DNA of 64,000 nt from contig JAJPHT010000015.1 of assembly GCA_021325135.1 (NCBI GenBank), forward strand, positions 181,320 to 245,319, given 5' to 3'. Position 1 is the first letter of the stretch; every line of letters begins with the position of its first letter. The notes under the pieces are model-generated. The model saw only the letters and a program-made list of their open reading frames with translations. It made no database searches and was not told the DNA's origin. The translations under genes and the position numbers were made by a program. Shown here piece after piece: positions 55,246 to 64,000 of this stretch. Source of the stretch: Pseudomonadota bacterium (lineage in GTDB: Archaea; Thermoplasmatota; SW-10-69-26; JACQPN01; JAJPHT01).

Positions 55246-55704
55246 TCAGCGCCTGGCGGCCTCGCGCGCCAGCGTGCCCGCGATCTTCTGGATGCGCCGC
55301 TTCAGCGAGGGGTCGACGGGGAACTGCCGGTGGTGCGGGCAGTCGTCGTCGCGCACGAGGCGCTGGTCCTCCGTGAGCACGAAGGGGTAGATGCGGCACC
55401 CGATGGGGCGGTCCGCGTAGACGCTGCACTGGTTGTCCTTGAGGAAGAAGCACGGGCGGCCGGGCTTGCCCGCGGCCACGTCCTTCGGCGAGCGGCCCGC
55501 GTCGGTCATGCCCTCGGGGCGCGGCACGGTGAGGAGGTAGAGCGCGCGGTCCTCCCTCTTCACGAAGGAGAAGTCCGCCCGCTTGTGGCCCAGGGCCTCC
55601 AGCCGCTGCGCGTCCTCCTCGGTCAAGGGCATCTCGGTGTCGTAGCAGCACGACGCGCACCCGTTGGCGACGCACGGATTCCCCTGGAGCATGGGCAGGC
55701 TCAT
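55246..55704 (-). CDS. YkgJ/CxxCxxCC cysteine cluster protein
   Basis: CVANGCASCC, CFFL..QCSVYADRPIGCRIYPF, CP. Confidence 0.85.
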   Translation of the reverse strand: MSLPMLQGNPCVANGCASCCYDTEMPLTEEDAQRLEALGHKRADFSFVKREDRALYLLTVPRPEGMTDAGRSPKDVAAGKPGRPCFFLKDNQCSVYADRPIGCRIYPFVLTEDQRLVRDDDCPHHRQFPVDPSLKRRIQKIAGTLAREAARR

Positions 55705-56192
55705 CGCGCGTCCCTCGCCAGCGTGATCCCGCTCTGCCCCTGGTAGTGGCCGCTGCGCTCGTGGTAGAGCGCGACGGGGGGCGTCTCCAGCCGCTCCAGG
55801 ACGAGCTGGCAGAAGCGGTCGCCCACGGGCACCTCCAGGGGCGCGCGGCCCGCGTTGAGGCCGCCCACCGTGAGCGTGCCCTCGAAGCCCGCCTCCACCT
55901 TGCCGAAGGAGCCGAACACGCCGCGGCGCGCGTAGGAGGAGCGCAGCCACAGCGAGCCGCACACGTCGGGCGGCATCCGCACGCGCTCCACCGTGGAGAC
56001 GAGGAAGCGCGCGCCGCCGGGCACGACGACCTTCCCCTCGCGCACGACCTCGCCCCCCTCGTCCGGGAGCATGACCTCGGCCACGCGCAGGTCGTAGCCG
56101 TTGGGGGTCAGGCCGCGGGGCTCGAAGGGCGCGATCCCCAGGCTGCCCGTCGCCATGCGCTGCGCGATGTCCCGGTCCGAGAGGACGCCCAT
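55701..56192 (-). CDS. dcd: dCTP deaminase
   Basis: LSDRDI, PNGYDLR, RSSYARRG, EAGFEG, YQGQSG. Confidence 0.9.
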   Translation of the reverse strand: MGVLSDRDIAQRMATGSLGIAPFEPRGLTPNGYDLRVAEVMLPDEGGEVVREGKVVVPGGARFLVSTVERVRMPPDVCGSLWLRSSYARRGVFGSFGKVEAGFEGTLTVGGLNAGRAPLEVPVGDRFCQLVLERLETPPVALYHERSGHYQGQSGITLARDAR

Positions 56193-56284
56193 GCGGCGCC
56201 CCACCGCCGCGCCGCGAGATAAACGCTGCCCGCCCCGCGCGGGGGAAGCATTCATCCGGGATCGGCGGATTGGACCGAACCACG

Positions 56285-56359
56285 GGGCCTGTAGCCTAGC
56301 CCGGATAAGGCGGCAGCCTTCGGAGCTGTTTGTCTTGGGTTCGAATCCCAACAGGCCCG
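56285..56359 (+). tRNA. tRNA-Arg (TCG)
   Basis: GGGCCTG/CAGGCCC acceptor stem, GCAGC-CTTCGGA-GCTGT anticodon arm, GGTTCGAATCC T-arm; no encoded CCA. Confidence 0.95.
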
Positions 56360-56667
56360 CTCACTTCGTTCGCGGCCCCGTTGCCAGCGCTGCGCGCGGG
56401 TCGCTGGACTGCGGTCCGGCGGCCACCCTCGGCGCCGATGCGCCCGCGGGTCCCAAAAAAGCCCGCTCAATTCGCGCGCGGCCGCGCCTCCGTCGGCGGT
56501 CCTCCCTGAAGCGCCCCCAGTCCCAGACGCTCCCGCCCGGTGCCCGCGCCGTGCACAGAGGCACTGACACGGCGCGGGCAAGCGGACGGGAGCGTCAGGC
56601 TCCGCGGCCCTTGGAACCGGGGAAGGCTGTTACCCAAGTGGTAGGGGGCAGGAGGGGGCGTCATCCT

Positions 56668-56687
56668 TTGCAGGATCGATCCTGCAA
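56668..56687. promoter_or_regulatory. Perfect 20-bp palindrome, candidate operator of the ArsR-FHA gene
   Basis: TTGCAGGATCGATCCTGCAA about 50 nt upstream of ATG 56740. Confidence 0.5.
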
Positions 56688-56739
56688 GGGCGTCGCCCCG
56701 GGCAAGCACCCTGAAGCGGCGCGCCGCGCATGCCGACGC

Positions 56740-57429
56740 ATGCCCCTGGGGGACGTGGACGTGGAGCGGCTCAGCGCGCACCTGCGGGCCCTGGCCCATC
56801 CGGCGCGGCTGGAGCTCCTGCGCCTCCTGAGGCGCCCCGCCGCGCCGGCGGAGATGGAGGTGCGCCCGCGGCGGCGCGACGCGGACCTGCACCCGGAGCG
56901 CGCCATGAGCCGGCAGTCCATCATGGACCACCTGGCGACGCTGGAGGAGGTCGGCGTGGTCAACCGCATCGAGGCGGACGGCGCCACGCGCTACGTGACC
57001 AGCGCGCAGCGGCTCTTCGCCCTGGTGGAGGAGCTTCGCAGCCTCACGGCGCTGGAGCCCTCGATGCGCGTCGACGTGGAGGCGACGCTCGCCAACGGGG
57101 CCGCGGACGCGCCCGCCTGGACGCCGGGCCCGCGCCTCGTGCTCCTGGGCGGGCCGTGGGAGGGGCGCGCGTTCGCGCTGGCGGGGGCGGGCCCCTGGAC
57201 GCTGGGGCGCTCGCGGGAGCGGGACGTGGCGCTCACCTACGACCCCTTCGCCAGCGCGGAGCAGGCGCGCATCGAGCGGCAGGGGGCGACGCTCACCGTG
57301 AGGCCCGAGGAGGGCGCGCGCAACCCGACGCGCCTCAACTTCGCGACGCTGGCGACGGGGGCTCCGCGGCCGCTGCGCCCGGGGGACGTCATCGGGATCG
57401 GGCGGTCGCACCTGGTGTTCCAGCCCTGA
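56740..57429 (+). CDS. ArsR-type wHTH regulator fused to a C-terminal FHA domain
   Basis: LRALAHPARLELLRLL..SRQSIMDHLATLEEVGVV; WTLGRS..DPFAS..NPTRLN..LRPGDVIGIGRS. Confidence 0.88.
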   Translation: MPLGDVDVERLSAHLRALAHPARLELLRLLRRPAAPAEMEVRPRRRDADLHPERAMSRQSIMDHLATLEEVGVVNRIEADGATRYVTSAQRLFALVEELRSLTALEPSMRVDVEATLANGAADAPAWTPGPRLVLLGGPWEGRAFALAGAGPWTLGRSRERDVALTYDPFASAEQARIERQGATLTVRPEEGARNPTRLNFATLATGAPRPLRPGDVIGIGRSHLVFQP

Positions 57430-59473
57430 GGGCGGCGCGGAACGCGGCCGGGTCCGCGGGGCGCTCCTCGGGCCGCTTGGAGAGCGCGGCGCGCAGCGGC
57501 GCCTCCAGCCACGACGGGATCGCCGGGTGCGGCAGGCGCGGCGCGTCCAGGAGGATGCGCTCGCGGGCCGAGAAGGCGTCCGCGCCCGCGAGGTCGATGG
57601 GGTGCTCGCCGGTGAGCAGCCGGTAGAGGACCGCGCCGGCGGCGTAGACGTCGGAGGCGGCCGCGGGGCGCGCGCCGCGCACGACCTCGGGCGCCATCGT
57701 TGAGAGCGTCCCCTCCACGGCCGCGCCGGTGAGCGTCGTCCCCGGGTCGGCGGCGCGCGCGGAGCCGAAGTCCGCAAGGAGGCCGCGCCCGTCCGCGTCC
57801 AGGAGGAGGTTCTCGCACTTCACGTCACCGTGCACGAGGCCCGCCGCGTGCAGCGCCGCGAGCCCTTCGAGGAGGTCGTCCAGGAGGGGCAGCGCGCGCT
57901 CGGGGGGCAGCGGGCCCTCCCGCGCGAGGAGGTCCTTCGCGCTGCCGCCGGGGGCGCGCTCCATGACGAGGAAGGCGTCCCCCTCGCGGCGGTCGACGTC
58001 CAGGAGCCGCACGATGCGGGGGCTCTGGACGGCCTGGAGCGCGCGCGCCTCGGCGACGAGCCGGGAGCCCTCCCGCGGGGTGTGATATCGTTTCACGACG
58101 ACCTCGCGCCCCGTCTCGGCGTCGGAGGCGAGGTAGACGGTGGCGGTGGCGCCGCGGCCGATCTCGGCGCCCAGCACGTAGCGGCCGATGCGCTCGCGCG
58201 ACTCCAGGCCGCGCAGGAGCATGGCGTGCTCGCGCTCGGTGACGCCCAGGTCGCGGCGCAGGTCGGCAAGGAGGCCGTCGCTTCCGGGGATCTCGCGCCC
58301 GTTGCCGCCCCGCGTCGCGGCGAGGGCGGCGGCGTAGCGGCGGGCGCGCTCGGCGACGGCGCGCGGGTCGTCGGCCGCGAGGAGCGCGCGCTCGGCCAGG
58401 GCGTCGACGGGGCGCCAGAGGGCGAGCCCCGCGGCGAGGGCCACCAGCGCGCCCGCGCCCAGGGCGAGCCCCCCTTCGCCCAGGGCGCCCATGACGAGGA
58501 GCCCGAAGAGGGCGCCCGCGGCCGCGGCGAAGAGGGCGCGCAGCGCGGCCCGCGCCCGGCGGCGCTCGCGCCCGCCCGCTCCGGCGAGGCCGTAGCGCGC
58601 GACGGCGAGGACGACGACGAGGGCGAAGAGGAGGCGCAGGAGGAGGTCCGTGCCGTCGTACCGGGAGAAGGAGGAGCCCAGGTCGGGGCGCGCCTTGAGG
58701 AGGCCGTCCAGGGCGCCCAGGCTCGCGAGGACCGCGGCGCCCGTGGCGACGATGCGCCCCGCGCTGGCGCCCAGGGGCCTCACGAGGCGCGGGGCGTACG
58801 CGACGACGGCGAGGCCGCCCGCGATGGTGGCCGCCGCGCGCAGGACGAAGGGCGCGTAGGCGGCCTCCGCGGGCGCGAACGCGGTGAAGGAGACGAAGAA
58901 CGCGCCGCTCTGGACGAGGTAGGGCGAGAAGGCGAGCCCCAGGGCGCCCGCGATGCGGCGCTCCGGCTCGGGGCGCAACTCGTCCGCCGCGACGCGCGCC
59001 GCGGCCACGACGAACGCGACGAGGGCCGCCGTGGAGGGGACGGTGGCGACGTAGGTGAGGGGCCCGCTGACCATGGCCCACTCGGAGGAGACGCGCGCGA
59101 CGCCGGCCACGAAGAGCGCGGGCTGCCACGCGAACGCGGCGCCCAGGAGGACGGCCGCCGCCGCGGTGGCCGCGAGGAGCGCGCGCCTGGCGGGGAGCGC
59201 GTCGGGCCAGAGGAGGGCGGCCACGTAGAGCGTGAGGAAGGGGATCGCCAGCGACCAGGCGGTGGAGAGCCGGGCGAGGACCAGCGCGGTCGCGGCGGAG
59301 GGGGCGCCCGGCAGCAGCGTGACGGACGCCATGTAGCCGGCGCGCAGGAGCATGAGCGCGGCGAGGACCTTGTGCGACGCGGCCTCGGGGCGGACGACGA
59401 GGACGAGGACGCCCGCCGCGCCCACCGCGGCGGCCAGGGCAAGCCCCAGGGTGCCAAGCGCCAGCGCGGTCAC
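57389..59473 (-). CDS. Multi-TM receptor-like Ser/Thr (Hanks-type) protein kinase
   Basis: About 9 TM helices then IGRGATATV, VVVK, HGDVKCEN, DFG, MAPE, SDVY. Confidence 0.9.
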   Translation of the reverse strand: MTALALGTLGLALAAAVGAAGVLVLVVRPEAASHKVLAALMLLRAGYMASVTLLPGAPSAATALVLARLSTAWSLAIPFLTLYVAALLWPDALPARRALLAATAAAAVLLGAAFAWQPALFVAGVARVSSEWAMVSGPLTYVATVPSTAALVAFVVAAARVAADELRPEPERRIAGALGLAFSPYLVQSGAFFVSFTAFAPAEAAYAPFVLRAAATIAGGLAVVAYAPRLVRPLGASAGRIVATGAAVLASLGALDGLLKARPDLGSSFSRYDGTDLLLRLLFALVVVLAVARYGLAGAGGRERRRARAALRALFAAAAGALFGLLVMGALGEGGLALGAGALVALAAGLALWRPVDALAERALLAADDPRAVAERARRYAAALAATRGGNGREIPGSDGLLADLRRDLGVTEREHAMLLRGLESRERIGRYVLGAEIGRGATATVYLASDAETGREVVVKRYHTPREGSRLVAEARALQAVQSPRIVRLLDVDRREGDAFLVMERAPGGSAKDLLAREGPLPPERALPLLDDLLEGLAALHAAGLVHGDVKCENLLLDADGRGLLADFGSARAADPGTTLTGAAVEGTLSTMAPEVVRGARPAAASDVYAAGAVLYRLLTGEHPIDLAGADAFSARERILLDAPRLPHPAIPSWLEAPLRAALSKRPEERPADPAAFRAALRAGTPGATARSR

Positions 59474-60060
59474 CCGCCCGGCGGCGGAGGCGGGGGCGAA
59501 AGGGGGCAGCACTCGGGCGGCGGGCAGCCCACGCAGTCGAGCTGGACCTTAGTGCCCGTCGTCCCGGTGAAGGGGGGATCGTCCAGGTGCAGGCCGATGG
59601 GGGCGTGCGGCTCGACGTAGTAGCGGCCCGTGGCGACGTCGTAGGACGCGTAGAGGGGGCACGCCGCGAGGAGGCACGACGTGGGCGTCGCGATGCAGGG
59701 GGGCACGATCCCCACGAGGGACGTGTCGGGCTGGGGGACCTCGCCCAGGATCGTGTCGAGGCCGGGGAGGACGAGGCGCTCGACGGCGTCGGCCGGGTCC
59801 GCGGGGCGGTCCGCCAGCGAGCAGTCGTCCGACGCGGCGCTCCCGGAGTGGGGCACCTCGGGCGTGGCGAGGGTGATCGACACGATGTAAGGGTCGTCCG
59901 GGCCCTCCAGGCCGTCGGGGCCCACGGCGACGGGCCCGGCGCCGATGGACGGCGACAGGCCGTCCGTGGTCCAGGCGAGGTATTCGGTCCGGGGCGGGCT
60001 CCAGGCGGCGGCCGGGCCGGCGACGGACACGAGCAGGACGATCAGCAGGGCGACGCGCAT
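59470..60060 (-). CDS. Secreted Pro/Cys-rich protein coupled to the kinase gene
   Basis: Signal ending AAA; 8 Cys; stop overlaps the kinase GTG (GTGA). Confidence 0.65.
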   Translation of the reverse strand: MRVALLIVLLVSVAGPAAAWSPPRTEYLAWTTDGLSPSIGAGPVAVGPDGLEGPDDPYIVSITLATPEVPHSGSAASDDCSLADRPADPADAVERLVLPGLDTILGEVPQPDTSLVGIVPPCIATPTSCLLAACPLYASYDVATGRYYVEPHAPIGLHLDDPPFTGTTGTKVQLDCVGCPPPECCPLSPPPPPPGG

Positions 60061-60345
60061 CGAGGAGCCTCCCGCCGATGCACGCTCGTTAGCGGGCAAA
60101 GAATGTTCCCGTGGGGGTCGGGCAAATCCGCGCTTTGGCGAGGAAGAGTAACCGATGCAGCCGTTCGGATGCGCGCTCTGCGCAAGGGGCAACCACCCGC
60201 GAGGGGTAGCAGCGGGCCGGATGCGGCGCCGCCTCCTTGATGGGTTCTGCGACGATCCATCAGGCGAGGGCCGCGAGGGTGGCCCGTCGGCAGGGCGGTG
60301 CGGTTACGCCCTCCGGCTCCATCCTCGCCGCACCCTCATTTTCTC

Positions 60346-60849
60346 TCACGGATCGACGCCCAGGTCCACGTCCGTCCCTTCCGAGACGGGGACGCGCACG
60401 CTGCTGGTCGCCTCCTCGATCGCGCCCTTCCAGGCCTCGGCCGGCGCGCCCGCCTGGTGCGCCTCGCGCATCGCGCGCAACGCGGCGCCCAGGATGCGGT
60501 CCCCCTGCGCCTGGCTCTCCGCGGCGTCGACGCAGGGCACGCCGTCGAACACGACGCAGCCCAGCCGCTCGCGCAGCGTCTCGTCCAGAAGGTAGAACCC
60601 GTGGCGCCGCGCGCCGGGCTCCCAGGTGACGGAGACGCACGCGGAGCCGCAGGCGGCCTCGATCCACACGCGGACCTCCAGGTCGGCGCCCGCGGTCGCA
60701 CGCTGGAGGTCGAGGAACGCGGCGCTGCGCAGGAGGACGTCGGCCTTCTCGGCGACGGCGCGGGCGTAGTCGTCCTCGGCCGGCGCGCCCACCGCCGCGA
60801 TCCAGTCGACGCGGAAGGGGCTCGCGAAGCGCTCGTCGAAGGCCTTCAT
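60346..60849 (-). CDS. Hypothetical protein
   Basis: ORF with typical GC3 codon usage, no recognisable motif. Confidence 0.5.
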   Translation of the reverse strand: MKAFDERFASPFRVDWIAAVGAPAEDDYARAVAEKADVLLRSAAFLDLQRATAGADLEVRVWIEAACGSACVSVTWEPGARRHGFYLLDETLRERLGCVVFDGVPCVDAAESQAQGDRILGAALRAMREAHQAGAPAEAWKGAIEEATSSVRVPVSEGTDVDLGVDP

Positions 60850-60941
60850 GCCCAAGCCTTGGCGGCGCTGGAGAACATGCGTTGGGCGAAGGACGCAGCG
60901 CCCTTCGCGCGAGCTTTATCCCCCAGGAGCGGCGGGCGGCC

Positions 60942-62099
60942 TCACGGGCTGCCGGTGAAGTCCGCCAGCACCGGATGCGCCGAGTCGTAGGCGACGACCT
61001 GCAGCTTGTACTGCACCTGCGCGTCGGAGCAGGCCGTGCACTGCCCCATGCCGGTGGGGTCGCTGGTGGACACCTGGAGGTCGAAGCGCCACTGGCTCGT
61101 CTTCGCGTAGGGGCTGTCGGTCTGCTGCATGTTCACGGGCCACGAGAACTGGAAGACGCCCTTGCCCATGTCCGCGTGGGTGACGTTCGCGCGGCGGAAG
61201 TTGCTGGAGTCCGCCGACTTGTAGAGGAAGGAGATGTTGCGCACCTGGCCGATCTGCGCCGTGGCGTCGGTGATGGTGACGTTGGCCGTCATCCAGACCG
61301 TCTCCATGGGGACGACCTTCTGCGACGCGACGCCCTCGGGGGGCTGGTCGCCGTTGTTCTGGATGCGGTCCACGATGGCCGTCTCCGCGCTCTGGTGCGA
61401 GCTGGTCGCGGGCCCGTCGAAGAGGCCCAGCGTGTGGCCCGCGCCGAAGAGCATGCCGTGGCCCGGCCAGAGCGAGAGGTCGCGCATGCGCACGATGTCG
61501 GCGCGCAGGTGGACGTTCCCCTCGATGACGCCGCCCTGCGCGGGCAGCAGCTGGAAGGCCCAGCGGCTCGTCTTCTCGTGGGGCATGTCGCACATCTCGG
61601 GCGTGACGTCGATCTTGAGGGGCGCGCCGCTCGTGATGGGCTGCGGCTTCGACCAGTCCGTGTCCGCCGCGCTGCGGTAGCGCAGCGTGACGCTGGTCAC
61701 GGTGGGGTCGCTCCACGTCGCGGTGATCTCCATGCGGCCCGTGCCCTCGAAGACCGTGGCGCCGTCGGTGGGGCGCGCCATCGCGCCGCCCACGCCGGGC
61801 GTCTGGTAGCGAAGCACGTCCGCGAAGGTGTATTGCAGCGCGTCCTGGGGCTGCACGTCGAGGTCCTGGTCCAGGATCGTGACGCGCTCCTTGCCCTCCC
61901 AGTAGTCGTGCATGTGCGCCATCTGGCCCATGTCGCCCGTGGCGTTGGTGGAGTTGCCCGTGTCGACGATCACGGGGGGAGCCTTGGCCGCCGTCGTGTT
62001 GACGGCAGGCGCGGGCTTGTCTCCGCCCGAGCCGCCCAGGCAGCCCGCGAAGCCGCCGGTGACGAAGAGGGCCGCGACGAGGACAAGGAGCAGGCGCAT
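60942..62099 (-). CDS. Hypothetical lipoprotein with two similar beta domains
   Basis: FAGC lipobox; HMHDYW; repeated YRSA/YKSA..D.P..KTS.W.F; TTTAAATA upstream. Confidence 0.75.
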   Translation of the reverse strand: MRLLLVLVAALFVTGGFAGCLGGSGGDKPAPAVNTTAAKAPPVIVDTGNSTNATGDMGQMAHMHDYWEGKERVTILDQDLDVQPQDALQYTFADVLRYQTPGVGGAMARPTDGATVFEGTGRMEITATWSDPTVTSVTLRYRSAADTDWSKPQPITSGAPLKIDVTPEMCDMPHEKTSRWAFQLLPAQGGVIEGNVHLRADIVRMRDLSLWPGHGMLFGAGHTLGLFDGPATSSHQSAETAIVDRIQNNGDQPPEGVASQKVVPMETVWMTANVTITDATAQIGQVRNISFLYKSADSSNFRRANVTHADMGKGVFQFSWPVNMQQTDSPYAKTSQWRFDLQVSTSDPTGMGQCTACSDAQVQYKLQVVAYDSAHPVLADFTGSP

Positions 62100-62173
62100 G
62101 CTGATCAGCCCGGAAGCCCGCGAAGGGGGTATTTAAAGAGTTTGGAGCCCTCGTTGTCCTCGCCCTGGAAGGC

Positions 62174-63229
62174 TCACGTCGGGCGCCGGCCGCGCTGCCG
62201 CTCCCTGCCCGGGTCGCGCGGGGTCTGCTCGGCCCCCTCGGCGCCGGGGGCGCGGTGGTCCTCCATCACCGCCTCCTGGAGGCTGCGCGCGTTCCGGCTG
62301 GGCCGCACGTGCGCGCCGAACGAGTTGGCGTACACCTGCGTGAGCTCCGCGCCCACGAAGACGATGAGGCTCGTGTAGTAGAGCCAGACGAGGATGGCCA
62401 GCACGGCCCCCGCGGCCCCGTACTGCGTGGCGATGGGGCCCCGGCCGATGTAGAGGCTGATCGCATACTCCCCCGCGACGAAGAGGACCGCCGTGACCAG
62501 GGCGCCCTTGAAGGTGTCCTTCGCGCTCACCTTGGCGTCGGGGATGAACTTGAACATCAGCGTGAAGAGGAGCGTCACGACCGCGAGCGTGAGGACCAGG
62601 TCCAGCGCGGCGCCCAGCGCGGCCCCGAGCCCCAGGGCGCCCCCGACGCGCGAGGAGACGGCGGCGAGGAGCGCGCTCAGCGCCAGGGAGAGGAGCAGGA
62701 GGAACACGCCGCCCAGCAGCGCGCCGAAGCTGAGCAGGTTGTCGCGGATGGCGCCCCAGACCTTGTTCCGGAAGCCCTTGCGCGGCTTGGCGTCCACCTC
62801 CCAGATGGCGTTCATGGTCTCCTTGAGCTGCGCGAAGACGCCCACGGCGCCCGCCAGGAGCGCGATGGCGCCCACGACCGTCCCCGCGACGCCCACGCGG
62901 GGCCGCGAGCTGCCCGCCATGATGTCGGCCAGCGCCTGCGCGCCCTGCGGGCCCAGGACGAGGCCAAGCTGCCCCATGATGGCGCCCCGCGCGGCGGTGG
63001 CGCCGAAGAGGAGGCCCGCGACGAAGACGCAGATGGCCAGCAGGGGCCCGATGGCGAAGAGGCTGTAGTACGCCAGCGCGGCGGCCTGCTTGGGCGCCTT
63101 GTCCCGCCCCAGCGCGACGAGGGTGTTCTTCACGAGCGTCCACACCGTCCGCGGGCGCCAGTCGAAGGCGCGCCTGCCCGCCTCGTCGCTCGCCTGGGGG
63201 TCGTGGGCCTCTGCGTCGTCGGTCCTCAT
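62174..63229 (-). CDS. YihY/virulence factor BrkB family membrane protein
   Basis: AAALAYYSLFAIGP, FKFIPD, YGAAGAVLAILVWLYY..GAE. Confidence 0.9.
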   Translation of the reverse strand: MRTDDAEAHDPQASDEAGRRAFDWRPRTVWTLVKNTLVALGRDKAPKQAAALAYYSLFAIGPLLAICVFVAGLLFGATAARGAIMGQLGLVLGPQGAQALADIMAGSSRPRVGVAGTVVGAIALLAGAVGVFAQLKETMNAIWEVDAKPRKGFRNKVWGAIRDNLLSFGALLGGVFLLLLSLALSALLAAVSSRVGGALGLGAALGAALDLVLTLAVVTLLFTLMFKFIPDAKVSAKDTFKGALVTAVLFVAGEYAISLYIGRGPIATQYGAAGAVLAILVWLYYTSLIVFVGAELTQVYANSFGAHVRPSRNARSLQEAVMEDHRAPGAEGAEQTPRDPGRERQRGRRPT

Positions 63230-63360
63230 TGCGGCGCCTCGCTTCTCACCCTCGCCGCTTCGCGCCGCGCTTCGGAGAGGCCTTGTGGCCGCTTCGTTCA
63301 TGGAGGCCGAGACAAGCCCTTATGCCGGGGTCCGGGCTCCGAGGATGAGCCCATCGACCT

Positions 63361-63435
63361 GGACCCGTAGCCTAGCCCGGATATGGCGCAGGCCTCCTAA
63401 GCCTGAGACCTGGGGTTCGAATCCCCACGGGTCCG
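63361..63435 (+). tRNA. tRNA-Arg (CCT)
   Basis: GGACCCG/CGGGTCC acceptor stem, CAGGC-CTCCTAA-GCCTG anticodon arm, GGTTCGAATCC; no encoded CCA. Confidence 0.95.
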
Positions 63436-63716
63436 CTCCTCGCTTCGCTCGCCTTCCCAGAGAGGATATCACCCGCGATCGCGGGAAGAAGGGAAGCCCC
63501 CTGCGGCCGTGGCGGGTTGCGGAGCTGGGGGGCTGATGAGGGGGCCGCAGGGGCTGTGGGCCCAGTGGGGCTGGCAGGGGATAACGCCGATCCGCCGAGA
63601 CTCCCGGGGGCGGCAAGCTCTCTGGTGGTCTCCGGAGGCGTCTGATCGATCCGGATTCTTCGTCGAGAATCGGTTTCCCCCGCGCGCGCTCCTTGCCCGC
63701 TTGGAGACACTGAGCC

Positions 63717-64000
63717 ATGAAGATCGCTTCCCTGGCGCTCCTTCTCGTCGCGGGCCTGGTCCTGGCCGGCTGCGCGAGCAACGCGCCCCCCTCGTCGTCC
63801 ACGCCCTCCACGTCGACCCCCGCCGGGACGACGCCCTCGACGTCGACGCCCGCGCTCCACGCGGACCTGCTGGGCGATGGCTCCACGTTCGTGGCTCCCC
63901 TCATGGACAAGTGGCGCACGGCGTTCCACGACCAGAACTCCGGAGTGACGATCTCCTACACCGGCGGCGGCTCGGGCAAGGGCCGCGGCGACATCACCAA
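63717..64000 (+). CDS. pstS: Phosphate ABC transporter substrate-binding protein, 3' truncated by window edge
   Basis: LAGC lipobox, GDGSTFVAPLMDKW, SYTGGGSGKG. Confidence 0.88.
   Translation, partial: MKIASLALLLVAGLVLAGCASNAPPSSSTPSTSTPAGTTPSTSTPALHADLLGDGSTFVAPLMDKWRTAFHDQNSGVTISYTGGGSGKGRGDIT

Noticed and set aside
60061-60345. Possible ncRNA upstream of the kinase operon
   Set aside because: Only short scattered stems, as expected at this GC content.
63229-63301. Possible cassette upstream of yihY (CGAAGCG motifs, in-frame ATG 72 nt upstream)
   Set aside because: No recognisable duplicated start, so it is not counted as a cassette.
56285-63435. Genomic island bounded by two tRNA-Arg genes
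   Set aside because: Both are complete tRNAs with different anticodons, not att duplicates; no integrase and GC is host-like.
63798-63856. TPSTSTPA duplication in PstS
   Set aside because: Ordinary lipoprotein tether.

Overview
A very GC-rich archaeal chromosome segment. It carries PCNA, PriS, PriL, GINS, TFS, an archaeal/eukaryote-type TyrRS, DUF99, DUF531 and a bifunctional PGI/PMI; a Thermoplasmatota-like lineage is my inference. About 60 genes are present: housekeeping genes (tyrS, thrB-thrC-ACT-hom, purH, dcd, ppa, partial pstS), two tRNA-Arg genes, many secreted or lipoprotein genes, two orphan GAF/PAS histidine kinases, a REC/Hpt pair, a MoxR-DUF58 operon and an orphan C5 methyltransferase. 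I saw no CRISPR array, transposase or integrase. Best leads: (1) a recurring ~70-90 bp cassette at gene termini (copy, GC hairpin, inverted copy, copy) that duplicates the first or last codons of a gene and usually forms a translationally coupled mini-ORF (at DUF99, tfs, hom and the methyltransferase); (2) six secreted six-cysteine mini-proteins, five of them in a tandem array with duplicated leaders; (3) a secreted protein, a multi-TM Hanks-type receptor kinase and an ArsR-FHA regulator in one locus; (4) a circularly permuted blue-copper domain; (5) a palindromic repeat family with a flippable core; (6) a bacterial-style attenuator upstream of rsgA. All assignments are by eye from motifs; no database search or folding computation was run.
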